Assembly: GCA_963775145.1 (NCBI GenBank)
Contig: CAVZHZ010000010.1
Location: forward strand, 450,321-514,320
From: an uncultured Chitinophagaceae bacterium
GTDB lineage: Bacteria; Bacteroidota; Bacteroidia; Chitinophagales; Chitinophagaceae
Direction: 5' to 3'
DNA length: 64,000 nt
The notes beneath the pieces were generated by a model that was not told the origin of the DNA, made no database searches, and worked only from the letters and a program-made list of their open reading frames with translations. This document shows, in pieces, positions 48,333-61,420 of the stretch. Every line of letters begins with the position of its first letter. The stretch's first letter is position 1. The position numbers were made by a program, and so were the translations under genes.

Positions 48333-51300
48333 ATGAAATGTATTATGACCTCTTTCGTGCGAACCCTTATTCCCGGAAAAAGATTCTTGACGTCTTTTTT
48401 AACTCCTTTGATTGTACATGTATGTTTTTTGTTGGCAGGTATCCTTCTAAATCTGCCAGCTTTTTCACAAAACGCCATTGTAACTGAAAATGCACTAGCA
48501 GGAAACCCATCTTCAGAGTGGGATATTTCAGGAATGGGTGATCCTGGCATCCAGGGATTTGCTTCCGATATCAGTGTTAATAAAGGTCAAACGGTGAACT
48601 TTAAAATTAATGTTACCGATGGTTCTAATTATACAATTAAAATATACAGGTTAGGTTATTACAATAGAAACGGAGCAAGGCTGATTGCGGATCTTGGTTC
48701 ATTTACCGGCACAATACAACCTGCTCCTATAACCGACATTCCTACCGGTCTGGTAGATTGCGGTAATTGGTCAGTTAGCGCCAGTTGGAATACAACCGGA
48801 GTTGTTTCGGGTGTCTTTATTGCAAAATTGACTAAAACAATCGGCGGTGGTTCCAGCCATATCATTTTCATCGTTAGGGATGATGCAGCTAACACTCCAA
48901 TCTTATTCAAAACTTCTGATGCCACGTGGCAAGCATATAATATTTACGGAGGAAATAGTTTTTACACCGGATCTACCGGTTTCACAAATGGTCGGGCAGC
49001 TAAAATAAGTTATAACCGTCCGTTTGTTACCCGGGCCGGCGGCGGCGGTGGTGATGCTTCGGAAGATTGGGTCTTCAATGCGGAATATCCGATGATTCGC
49101 TGGATGGAAAGAAATGGCTATAATGTTTCTTATACCACCGATGTAGATATGGATAGGGATGCTACACCCATTACTCCTTCAATTCATAAGATCCTAATCA
49201 GCGTTGGGCACGATGAATATTGGTCATCCGCAGAGCGAAGCAAATTTGTGAATGCCCGCAATGCAGGGGTACATCTCGCTTTCTTTAGTGGTAACGAGGT
49301 ATATTGGAAATCAAGATGGGAAAACAGTATAGATGGAAATAATACCGCTCACCGAACCCTGGTTTGTTACAAGGAAGGAACGCAGGGGGAAAATTCCTGT
49401 GGTTCAAATTGTGATCCGCTGGCGGGTGTTTGGACAGGTTTGTGGAGAGAAGGGTGCAGCGCGGGAGAAGATGGATGCCAACCGGAAAATGCTTTGACCG
49501 GCCAAATTAGTTGGGGAGATGGAAGTGCACCTATAACAGTGCCGGATACGTATAAGAACTTCCGCTTCTGGCGGCAAACAACTATTCCGTCACTGGGTGC
49601 CGGACAAACAGCCACCCTTTCAAATAATACAATTGGATACGAATTTGACTGGGAACAAACTTCCTATAAGTCTTCCTACCCAAATGGAAGGGTACCATTG
49701 AGTTCAACTGATATCAACGGCAAGCTGCATAAATTATCCCTTTACCGTCATAGCAGTGGTGCTCTTGTATTTGGTGCAGGAACTGTGCAATGGTCTTGGG
49801 GACTAGATAGTGCGCATGACCGTGGACTTTCGGTACCTGACCTTCGCATGCAACAGGCAACGGTAAATCTTTTTGCTGATATGGGAGTGCAGCCAGGTTC
49901 CATCCAGGGAGGATTGGTGGCCGTAACTGCCTCCAATGATAACCTGGCTCCAGCCTCGGTGATTACTTCACCAGTACATAACGCGAATATTTCAAATTCC
50001 ATTACTTATATTACTATCAGCGGAACATCTGCTGATGCAGGCGGTGGAGTGGTGGCCGGAGTTGAAATCTCAGTGGATAATGGAGTGAGCTGGCAATTTG
50101 CCATCGGTACAAGTAATTGGACTTACAACTGGCTGCCGGCTTCATCGGGATCATATACTATTAAAGTAAGGGCATTTGATGACCTGGGCAACCTGGAAAC
50201 AACCGGAACCGCGCCATCGGCCAATGCTATTACGGTAAATGTTACGGTAACCTCTCCGGTGTGTCCCTGCAAAATATTTCCTGCTTCTCCTACCCCGGCA
50301 AATACCTTATTGAATGATAATACTTCTATTGAAGCTGGGGTAAAATTCAAAAGCACCGTTAATGGGTATATTACAGCCATTCGTTTTTTTAAACCCAGCA
50401 CTTCCGGTACATATACTGTCAATCTTTGGGATAATGCTACCCAGCAAAAGCTATCATTTGCAGCAGCTCAAGCGGCCGGTACAGGTTGGCAAACTGTTTT
50501 ATTACCCAACCCGGTGGCTATTACTGCTGGAAGCACTTATGTGGCCTCCTATTATAGCAGTTCGGGCGATTATGCAAATACGGATAACTATTTCACATCA
50601 GCCGTAATTAATGGATACCTCGAAGCATTGATTAGCTCCACTGGTAATGAAAACGGGATATACAGGACTGGCAGTTCGGGGTTCCCTACCCAGTTTGCGC
50701 TGGCTACCAATTATTGGGTGGATATTGAATTCAGCACTACGCTGGCACCAGACACTATCGCGCCAAGAGTAACGAGTGTGTCGCCATTAGCTAATTTTGA
50801 GCATATATCACTCAACACTACAGTCCGTGCTGTGTTCAGTGAGCCAATGGATCCGGCAAGCATCAACACATCGTCATTTGAACTAAGGAACGCATTAAAC
50901 CAGGTAGTAAGCGCTACAGTCACTTATAATGCTTCTACAAGAACAGCAACGCTCACCCCCTCATCACCGCTTTCTTATTATACCACGTATACGGCAACTG
51001 TAAAAGACGGATCCAGTTACAATGCGGTAAGAGATATTGCCGGGAATCATATGGCGGCCGACTTTAGTTGGTCTTTTACCACAATCCCGGTTCCACCCTT
51101 ACCAGTAACCGAAGGACCCGGTGGGCCGATACTGGTAGTCAGTACTACTACCAATCCGTTCAGCCGTTACGCGGTGGAAATATTACGCGCGGAAGGATTA
51201 AATGAATTCAGTGCAAGAGATATTTCTCAAATTAATGAAGACACCCTTAACAGGTACGACGTGGTGATCCTGGGTGAAATGACATTATCACCTACTAATG

Positions 51301-54300
51301 TAACCGATCTCACTAATTGGGTTAATGCCGGAGGAACGCTGATCGCATTCAAACCGGATAATCAGTTGGCAACTTTGTTGGGAATCACCCCAGCCGGTGG
51401 TACTCTCTCGAATCAATACTTACTTGTTAATACAGCCAGCGGACCGGGTGCAGGAATTGTTGGCCAAACTATTCAGTTTCATGGAACTGCTAATCAATAC
51501 AATTTAAGTGGCGCTACAAGTCTCGCCACCTTGTATTCGTCGGTGTCTACTCCAACCGCTTATCCGGCAGTAACGAGTAGAAACGTGGGATCAAATGGCG
51601 GAAAGGCAGTTTCGTTTACTTACGACCTGGCCCGTTCCATAGTTTACACCAGGCAGGGAAATCCAGCCTGGGAAGGGCAAAAAAGAGATGGTTCTTTGGT
51701 GCCTGTGCGCTCCGATGATCTATTCTTTGGCAATGCCAGTGGGGATCCTCAGCCAGATTGGGTTAATTTAGATAAGGTGGCTATACCACAGGCAGACGAA
51801 CAGCAGCGACTTCTTGCTAATATTATTTTACAGGGTAATCTCCACCGAAAACCGCTCCCCAGATTCTGGTATTTCCCAAGGAAACTCAAAGCGGTTCTTA
51901 TAATGACCGGCGATGACCACGCAAACGGCGGAACTATCGGAAGATTTAATCATTATCTCACTTTTGGAAATAATACACCGGCTGATGTGTTGGATTGGAA
52001 AGCTATCCGAGGTTCTTCTTATATATATCCAAGTACACCTATTTCAGATTCATTGGCCGCAGCTTTTAATGCCCAGGGGTTTGAAATTGCATTACACCTG
52101 AATACAAATTGTGCAGGATATAACCTATCAACACTCCAGGGATTTTTAAGTACTGAACTTCCTCTATTTAATGGAAATTTCCCAAGCATCCCGGCACCAA
52201 CCACTAATCGTACCCATTGTATCGCATGGACTGATTGGGCAAGTAAACCAAAGGCGGAGCTTCAAAATGGCATCCGGTTAAATACCGATTATTATTATTG
52301 GCCGGGTTCATGGACATTGAACAGACCGGGGATGTTTACCGGGTCGGGTATACCTATGCGGTATGCGGACCTGGATGGAACTATTATTGACAATTACCAG
52401 GCGGCCACCCAATTAACCGACGAAACAAGTGCTAATTACACCAATTTCACAAATGCCCTGCTTGATAAGGCAGTGGGTACCGAAGGCTATTATGGAGCTT
52501 TTTGTTTAAACATACACACAGATTTTAATGGCCCAGATACTCTGTCATGGAACAATGCAATCATTGCTTCCGCGCAGGCAAGGCAAATACCTGTGATTTC
52601 CGCCAAGCAAATGCTCACCTGGCTGGACGGAAGAAATAACTCTTCTTTCAGTGCAATGGCCTGGAATGGCAGTACGTTGAACTTTACGATTTCCGCCTAT
52701 GCCGGCGCCCACAAATTACAGGCAATGGTTCCGGTAAATGTATCGAATGGCACCTTAAACACAATTACCCGGAACAGTGGTGCCATCACGTATACAACGG
52801 AAATTATCAAAGGTATTAACTATGCTTTCTTTGATGCGATTGATGGAAATTACGCGGCATCCTATACCATTGATAATACAGCTCCTGTTATAACGAACAT
52901 AAATAAAACTTTCAATATTGATGGAACAGTAACTATTACCTGGACAACTAATGAATTGTCCGATTCAAGGGTGGATTACGGAACAAGTCCTACCTCTTTA
53001 AATCTTAATACGAGCAATGCCAGCCAGGTTACCAGTCACAGCATTACATTAAGTGGATTGACACCGGGCGCCACTTATTACTTCAGAGTAACTTCGGCGG
53101 ATGCTTTCAATAATACCACTACAGAACCAATTATTGGCAATTCACCATTGAGCTTTAATAATCCCAATACTGCCTGTTTCCTCGATCAGACATTCGCAGA
53201 CTTTAGTGCAGGTATAACCGGAACGAATACTTATGTTTCCAATACCCAGGACGGTGAACTGACATTGAACCCAACAGCTGCAGCAGAGTTTACGGTATTA
53301 CCCGCCACTTCTGAATGGAATAGTTTTCCCTGGACTGGAGAGAGCTTCCACCGTTTCCGGTGGAATACTAACGGTAAACGGGGCCCGCTTTAATTCTCAA
53401 CCTTCAACCACTACATTCAGCCCGGGCAGCTCTGTGGAATTTGTTGCCACGTTTAATGCCATTAATCTGCAACATATCGGTTTTGGCGGAGGAACAGATG
53501 CCACCGGATCGGGAGGAATTTTTAATGGTGAAAGTTCCTGGGCAATGTTTGGCACGGGTAATTCAAGCACTGTTCTTAAAACAAGAACCTTTACGGGAAC
53601 TGGCAGTTCAATTGATTTTGATATTCCGGGTAGTTACCTGGGAACTTCTCATCGCTATAAAATAGACTGGAAAGTTTCCAGTGTAGATTATTATATTGAT
53701 AACGTATTAGTACATACAGAAAATGTGGCAATCGGCGGAACCATGCGGCCTGCCATCAGCGACTTCTTTTTAAGTGCCCCGTCGCTTACAGTAGATTGGA
53801 TTCGCGTTTCCCCATATCCGGCCTCCGGAACTTTCACATCCCGGATATTTGATGCCGGCATTGTTAAGAACTGGGAAACGGCTTTATGGTCTGCCGATTT
53901 ACCCGCTGGCACTACTATGCAGATATCATATCGCCGGGGCAATACAGCTGTTCCAGATGGTTCCTGGACCTCTTATTCGGTTATCCCGTCTAGTGGTACC
54001 CTTATTGGCGGAACATCCAGGTATATTCAATACAAAGTCGACTTTACCACAAGTAGCAATACTGTCACACCAGTTCTTAATACATTTCAAATATCCTGTA
54101 ACACCGCTACTAATGCTATTCCGGAAGTTACCTTAGATCCATTATCACAAACCAAATGTGAGGAGGATTCAACTTTATTTATTAGTGCCGCTATCGGTAA
54201 TCCTGATCCTACCATTCAATGGCAGATCAGCACCGACAATGGAACTTCCTGGAGTGATAGTACCGGTGCCACCAATGATACATTAATAGTTATACCAACA

Positions 54301-57300
54301 GCCGGAGATAATGGCAAGCGTTATAGAGCCGTTTGGTCCAATACAGCAGGAACCGATACTTCCGCGGCGGTAATACTTACTGTAAATCCAAAGCCAACGG
54401 CGGTTATTGTTTCTCTAAATAATACCCTATGCGCCAGTGATAGCGTACAATTGAAACTTAATAGTGCTACAGGCACCGCTCCATTTACGTTGGTCGTTAA
54501 TGGAATTACACATACCAACGTTTCTATCGGACAAACTTTTACTACTTTCAAACCTCTCGATATTTCAGTTTGGGGCAACAGTGGTACACCTGTAAATGCC
54601 AATCAAAACGATGGCGCTGCAAAAGAATTGGGCGTAAAATTCCGTTCCACCGTGAGCGGGTTTGTGAAAGGAGTAAGATTCTATAAAGGAACAACCAATA
54701 CGGGTACCCATGTCGGTAAACTATGGAGCAGCTCGGGTACTCAGCTTGCAGCAGCTACATTTGTTGGAGAATCAGCCAGCGGATGGCAGGAAGTTCGATT
54801 CAGCACCCCTGTATTAATAACTGCCAATACCACTTATGTTGCTTCTTACCTTTCTCCGGCCGGTATTTATGCGGTAAGTCCCGGATTCTTTGCCTCATCA
54901 GGAGTAACAAATGCCCCATTGACTGCCCTGCAATCCGGAACGGACGGACCAAATGGTGTCTTTATCAATGGTGGAGGTTTCCCCACTTCCGGAACTGATG
55001 CTAACTACTGGGTGGATGTTATTTTTGAAGAGATACCAACAACAACCCTTACGCGTAATTTCAAGCTTACCAGTATTACAGACGCGAATAGTTGTACCAG
55101 ATCAGGAGATTCTCTGACAAGTGTAACCGTTACTGTTAACCCAATACCGGTAGGCACTATCACTTCATCTACCCCAACCACCTGTAATGGAAGTCCTGTA
55201 AATCTAACTTTCAATTCAACGGTTGGCGCCGGTCCGTATACCTTAGTGATCAATGGCAATACCTATAATAATATCGTCAGCGGCACGCCGTTCAATACCG
55301 GCGTCACCGCCAGTGCCGCCTTCGGGGCCTTAAGTATCTGGAACAATACGCCATCAGTAGGCGGACCCAGCGGGGATGCCTCTTCGGTGGAAGTGGGGGT
55401 CAAGTTCCGTGCCTCCGTACCCGGTACCATTACCGGTATCCGTTTCTATAAGGATGCCGCCAATACCGGTACCCATACCGGTTCCCTGTGGACCAGTACC
55501 GGTACCCAGCTGGCCACCGCTACTTTCAGCAATGAGACCGCCAGCGGATGGCAGGAAGTGACTTTCTCTTCGCCGGTAACCATCACCCCGGGCGTCACCT
55601 ATGTGGCTTCCTATTACGCGCCGGCCGGCAACTATACCTTTAGCGCCAATACCTTTACCGGTGCGGGCGTCACCAATGCCAGCAATACCTTAACCGCCCT
55701 GCAATCCGGCGTCGACGGATCCAACGGCGTTTACCTGGTACAGTTCGGTGGCGGATTCCCCACCAGCTCTTTCAATGATGCCAACTACTGGGTCGATGTG
55801 ACCTTCCGTCCTTCGGCCGGTATCAACCTGTTCAGTTTAACCAGCATTACCAGTGCCGCCGGTTGTGTCACCACCGGCAGCCCTCTCGATACGGCCGCCG
55901 TGTCCATTACCCAGGTAGATGCCACCGCCGTTATTACCAACGTACTCTGTAACGGCGCCACGACCGGAGCCATTACCGTAACCGGTATCAATGGCACCGC
56001 TCCCTACCAGTACAGTATCAATGGCGGAACCAGCTATCAGCCCACGGGCTCTTTCTCGGCCCTGGCCGCCGGCAGCTATACCATCCGCATCAAGGATGCG
56101 ACCGATTGTATTAAAGATACCACCCTGGTCATCACCCAGCCTACTGCTATCAGCGCCACGATTGTTAAACAGGATATACTCTGTAACGGCGCCGCCACCG
56201 GGACCATAACGGTGACCGGTACGGGCGGAGTAGTTCCGTACCTGTACAGCCGCGATTCCGGGGCCACCTACCAGAGCAGCGGCGCCTTCACCAGCTTCCT
56301 GGCCGGTAATCACCTGATCAAAATAAAAGATTCCAATAATTGCGTTAAGGATACCGTCATCACCATTACCCAGCCCGCCGCGGTCAGCGCCACGGTGGTT
56401 AAAGTAAACGCGGATTGCTTCGGGGCTTCCAACGGCACCATCACCGTAACCGGTACCGGTGGCGTATCCCCCTATACCTACAGCCGCGATTCCGGCGTCA
56501 CCTACCTGTCCAGCGGCGCCTTTACCAACTATGCCGCCGGCAATCACCTGGTTAAAATAAAAGATGCCAACGATTGTGTCAAAGACACCATCATCACTAT
56601 CACCCAGCCCGCGCAGATAACGGGGACCATCACCCAAACCACGGCTACTACCTGCAACGGCAGTACCGTGAACCTGACCTTCAACCAGACCGCCGGCCTG
56701 CCCGCCGGTCCGTATACCTTAGTGATCAATGGCAATACCTATAATAATATCGTCAGCGGCACGCCGTTCAATACCGGCGTCACCGCCAGTGCCGCCTTCG
56801 GGGCCTTAAGTATCTGGAACAATACGCCATCAGTAGGCGGACCCAGCGGGGATGCCTCTTCGGTGGAAGTGGGGGTCAAGTTCCGTGCCTCCGTACCCGG
56901 TACCATTACCGGTATCCGTTTCTATAAGGATGCCGCCAATACCGGTACCCATACCGGTTCCCTGTGGACCAGTACCGGTACCCAGCTGGCCACCGCTACT
57001 TTCAGCAATGAGACCGCCAGCGGATGGCAGGAAGTGACTTTCTCTTCGCCGGTAACCATCACCCCGGGCGTCACCTATGTGGCTTCCTATTACGCGCCGG
57101 CCGGCAACTATACCTTTAGCGCCAATACCTTTACCGGTGCGGGCGTCACCAATGCCAGCAATACCTTAACCGCCCTGCAATCCGGCGTCGACGGATCCAA
57201 CGGCGTTTACCTGGTACAGTTCGGTGGCGGATTCCCCACCAGCTCTTTCAATGATGCCAACTACTGGGTCGATGTGACCTTCCGTCCTTCGGCCGGTATC

Positions 57301-60300
57301 AACCTGTTCAGTTTAACCAGCATTACCAGTGCCGCCGGTTGTGTCACCACCGGCAGCCCTCTCGATACGGCCGCCGTGTCCATTACCCAGGTAGATGCCA
57401 CCGCCGTTATTACCAACGTACTCTGTAACGGCGCCACGACCGGAGCCATTACCGTAACCGGTATCAATGGCACCGCTCCCTACCAGTACAGTATCAATGG
57501 CGGAACCAGCTATCAGCCCACGGGCTCTTTCTCGGCCCTGGCCGCCGGCAGCTATACCATCCGCATCAAGGATGCGACCGATTGTATTAAAGATACCACC
57601 CTGGTCATCACCCAGCCTACTGCTATCAGCGCCACGATTGTTAAACAGGATATACTCTGTAACGGCGCCGCCACCGGGACCATAACGGTGACCGGTACGG
57701 GCGGAGTAGTTCCGTACCTGTACAGCCGCGATTCCGGGGCCACCTACCAGAGCAGCGGCGCCTTCACCAGCTTCCTGGCCGGTAATCACCTGATCAAAAT
57801 AAAAGATTCCAATAATTGCGTTAAGGATACCGTCATCACCATTACCCAGCCCGCCGCGGTCAGCGCCACGGTGGTTAAAGTAAACGCGGATTGCTTCGGG
57901 GCTTCCAACGGCACCATCACCGTAACCGGTACCGGTGGCGTATCCCCCTATACCTACAGCCGCGATTCCGGCGTCACCTACCTGTCCAGCGGCGCCTTTA
58001 CCAACTATGCCGCCGGCAATCACCTGGTTAAAATAAAAGATGCCAACGATTGTGTCAAAGACACCATCATCACTATCACCCAGCCCGCGCAGATAACGGG
58101 GACCATCACCCAAACCACGGCTACTACCTGCAACGGCAGTACCGTGAACCTGACCTTCAACCAGACCGCCGGCCTGCCCGCCGGTCCGTATACCTTAGTG
58201 ATCAATGGCAATACCTATAATAATATCGTCAGCGGCACGCCGTTCAATACCGGCGTCACCGCCAGTGCCGCCTTCGGGGCCTTAAGTATCTGGAACAATA
58301 CGCCATCAGTAGGCGGACCCAGCGGGGATGCCTCTTCGGTGGAAGTGGGGGTCAAGTTCCGTGCCTCCGTACCCGGTACCATTACCGGTATCCGTTTCTA
58401 TAAGGATGCCGCCAATACCGGTACCCATACCGGTTCCCTGTGGACCAGTACCGGTACCCAGCTGGCCACCGCTACTTTCAGCAATGAGACCGCCAGCGGA
58501 TGGCAGGAAGTGACTTTCTCTTCGCCGGTAACCATCACCCCGGGCGTCACCTATGTGGCTTCCTATTACGCGCCGGCCGGCAACTATACCTTTAGCGCCA
58601 ATACCTTTACCGGTGCGGGCGTCACCAATGCCAGCAATACCTTAACCGCCCTGCAATCCGGCGTCGACGGATCCAACGGCGTTTACCTGGTACAGTTCGG
58701 TGGCGGATTCCCCACCAGCTCTTTCAATGATGCCAACTACTGGGTCGATGTGACCTTCCGTCCTTCGGCCGGTATCAACCTGTTCAGTTTAACCAGCATT
58801 ACCAGTGCCGCCGGTTGTGTCACCACCGGCAGCCCTCTCGATACGGCCGCCGTGTCCATTACCCAGGTAGATGCCACCGCCGTTATTACCAACGTACTCT
58901 GTAACGGCGCCACGACCGGAGCCATTACCGTAACCGGTATCAATGGCACCGCTCCCTACCAGTACAGTATCAATGGCGGAACCAGCTATCAGCCCACGGG
59001 CTCTTTCTCGGCCCTGGCCGCCGGCAGCTATACCATCCGCATCAAGGATGCGACCGATTGTATTAAAGATACCACCCTGGTCATCACCCAGCCTACTGCT
59101 ATCAGCGCCACGATTGTTAAACAGGATATACTCTGTAACGGCGCCGCCACCGGGACCATAACGGTGACCGGTACGGGCGGAGTAGTTCCGTACCTGTACA
59201 GCCGCGATTCCGGGGCCACCTACCAGAGCAGCGGCGCCTTCACCAGCTTCCTGGCCGGTAATCACCTGATCAAAATAAAAGATTCCAATAATTGCGTTAA
59301 GGATACCGTCATCACCATTACCCAGCCCGCCGCGGTCAGCGCCACGGTGGTTAAAGTAAACGCGGATTGCTTCGGGGCTTCCAACGGCACCATCACCGTA
59401 ACCGGTACCGGTGGCGTATCCCCCTATACCTACAGCCGCGATTCCGGCGTCACCTACCTGTCCAGCGGCGCCTTTACCAACTATGCCGCCGGCAATCACC
59501 TGGTTAAAATAAAAGATGCCAACGATTGTGTCAAAGACACCATCATCACTATCACCCAGCCCGCGCAGATAACGGGGACCATCACCCAAACCACGGCTAC
59601 TACCTGCAACGGCAGTACCGTGAACCTGACCTTCAACCAGACCGCCGGCCTGCCCGCCGGTCCGTATACCTTAGTGATCAATGGCAATACCTATAATAAT
59701 ATCGTCAGCGGCACGCCGTTCAATACCGGCGTCATCGCCAGTGCCGCCTTCGGGGCCTTAAGTATCTGGAACAATACGCCATCAGTAGGCGGACCCAGCG
59801 GGGATGCCTCTTCGGTGGAAGTGGGGGTCAAGTTCCGTGCCTCCGTACCCGGTACCATTACTGGTATCCGTTTCTATAAGGATGCCGCCAATACCGGTAC
59901 CCATACCGGTTCCCTGTGGACCAGTACCGGTACCCAGCTGGCCACCGCTACTTTCAGCGATGAGACCGCCAGCGGATGGCAGGAAGTGAACTTTCTCTTC
60001 GCCGGTAACCATCACCCCCGGCGTAACTTATGTGGCGTCTTATTATACTGCAGTCGGAAATTATGCCGTCGACCCAGCGTATTTTAACAATAGCGGATTG
60101 ACCAATGCAAGTGGAACCCTAACAGCCCTTCAGGACTGGCGTAGATGGTGGCAATGGAGTGTTTAAATATGTGACTGGCGGCGGATTCCCTGACCAGTCG
60201 TTTAATGGCGGTAACTACTGGGTAGATGTGGTATTCAACAATACGGCAGGTGTAAACCTGTTCAATCTAACCAGCATCACCAGTGCTATCGGGTGTAATA

Positions 60301-60821
60301 CCACTGCCAATCCTATCCATACGGTAACGGTTGGTATTGTACCGGTTGGGGTGACAGTAGTTAAAACAAATCTTACTTGTTTAGAAAATACCAATGGAAC
60401 ATTTACCATTACCGGCTCCGGAGGAGCAACACCTTATACTTACAGCATCAATGGCGGAAGTAGTTATCAAAGCAGTGGCAGCTTCACCGGACTGAGCGCA
60501 GGTAGTTATGCCATCCGGGTTAGGGATGTAAATGGCTGTATAAAAGATACCACCGTTAGTATCGGAGTTGAAGTGGCCGCCTGGACAGGTGCCGTAAGCA
60601 GCGATTGGCATACAGCTGGAAACTGGAGCACCGGGCAGGTACCAACTTCCAGTACTCATGTAATTATTCCGGCAGGAACTCCAATCTGTTTAATCAGTAA
60701 CAGTAACGCCCAGGCTGCGAGCGTACAGGTTAAAACTGGTGCTCAACCTGGTGAAGTAAGAACCGAAAACAACCGGACTTTATTAATTGCGGGTAACTGT
60801 TCAAGTCTTCCACCCGGTTAG
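48333..60821 (+). CDS. Single giant secreted protein (~4161 aa) split by three +1 insertions: N,N-dimethylformamidase-beta-like (DUF6605) domain, Ig-like, six DUF4082-like domains, SbsA/Big_5, GATase-like and deacetylase-like modules, FN3, SprB repeats, terminal WTG...NW domain
   Basis: Track ORFs 48333-53393, 53434-60087 and 60159-60821 join after removing one base each near 53341, 59989 and 60135; signal peptide AFS-Q; SVGHDEYWS; EVGVKFR...GIRFYK...NYWVDV. Confidence 0.82.
55227..60011. repeat. 1476-bp (492-aa) intragenic tandem repeat, about 3.2 copies, first three apparently identical
   Basis: Units start at 55227, 56703, 58179 and 59655; shadow ORFs recur at 1476 spacing; SNPs seen only in the last partial copy. 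Confidence 0.93.
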
Positions 60822-60849
60822 GAATACTTGATGAATCTTATACTTATTC

Positions 60850-60887
60850 AAAAATGCAACCTGCCTTCACTGACAGGTTGCATTTTT
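60850..60887 (+). terminator. Intrinsic terminator after the giant DUF4082 gene
   Basis: AAAAATGCAACCTG / CAGGTTGCATTTTT. Confidence 0.85.
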
Positions 60888-61173
60888 CTTATAAATACTC
60901 CTGACATTACTATTCTACCCGTTACTACAAACAGGCATGGCATTAATCTAATTCAGCAAGTTTGTTTTCCGTAAAACTGATTATTGAAAAAATATACAAG
61001 CCTGTAACGCGGCAACTAACTGGGATCAATACTAAAAAGCAGACCAATACAGCGAAGAATATTTTTCGCTAAATAAGAGAATGTTGCCAAAAATGGTTAG
61101 TGGAATCTCATAAGATATAGTACTGTAAAGGGTTTCAATGAACTAAATTGAACCCCTTTCAATTTCTACTCTT

Positions 61174-61350
61174 ATGTCAAAAAAATCATGTTGGGGCTGT
61201 GGCAGTAAATCTGTTATTCACTGGGGGAAAAGAAACGGACATCAGCGATATAAATGTAAAAAATGCGAACTCCTTTTTCAATGGGATAATCAGGCTGTAA
61301 GTAATGCAAACCGATTTGTCTGGTTCAAAAAGTGGATTATGGAAAGGCAA
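61174..61350 (+). mobile_element. Truncated transposase N-terminus (zinc-ribbon, IS1-like / IS256 Zn-binding variant)
   Basis: CWGCGS...GKRNGHQRYKCKKC zinc ribbon then FVWFKKWIMERQ; the ORF stops after 69 aa and overlaps unrelated sequence. Confidence 0.7.
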
Positions 61351-61420
61351 TGTTTCCCTGAATTATACCCTTTGTTTGATTAGAAAACTACTACGTCCAA
61401 CCCATGAATTTCAGGATCTT

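Noticed and set aside
55837-59589. Repeated 266-aa antisense ORFs and other shadow ORFs inside the giant genes
   Set aside because: These are antisense or alternate-frame by-products of GC-rich repetitive coding sequence and recur only because of the DNA repeats.
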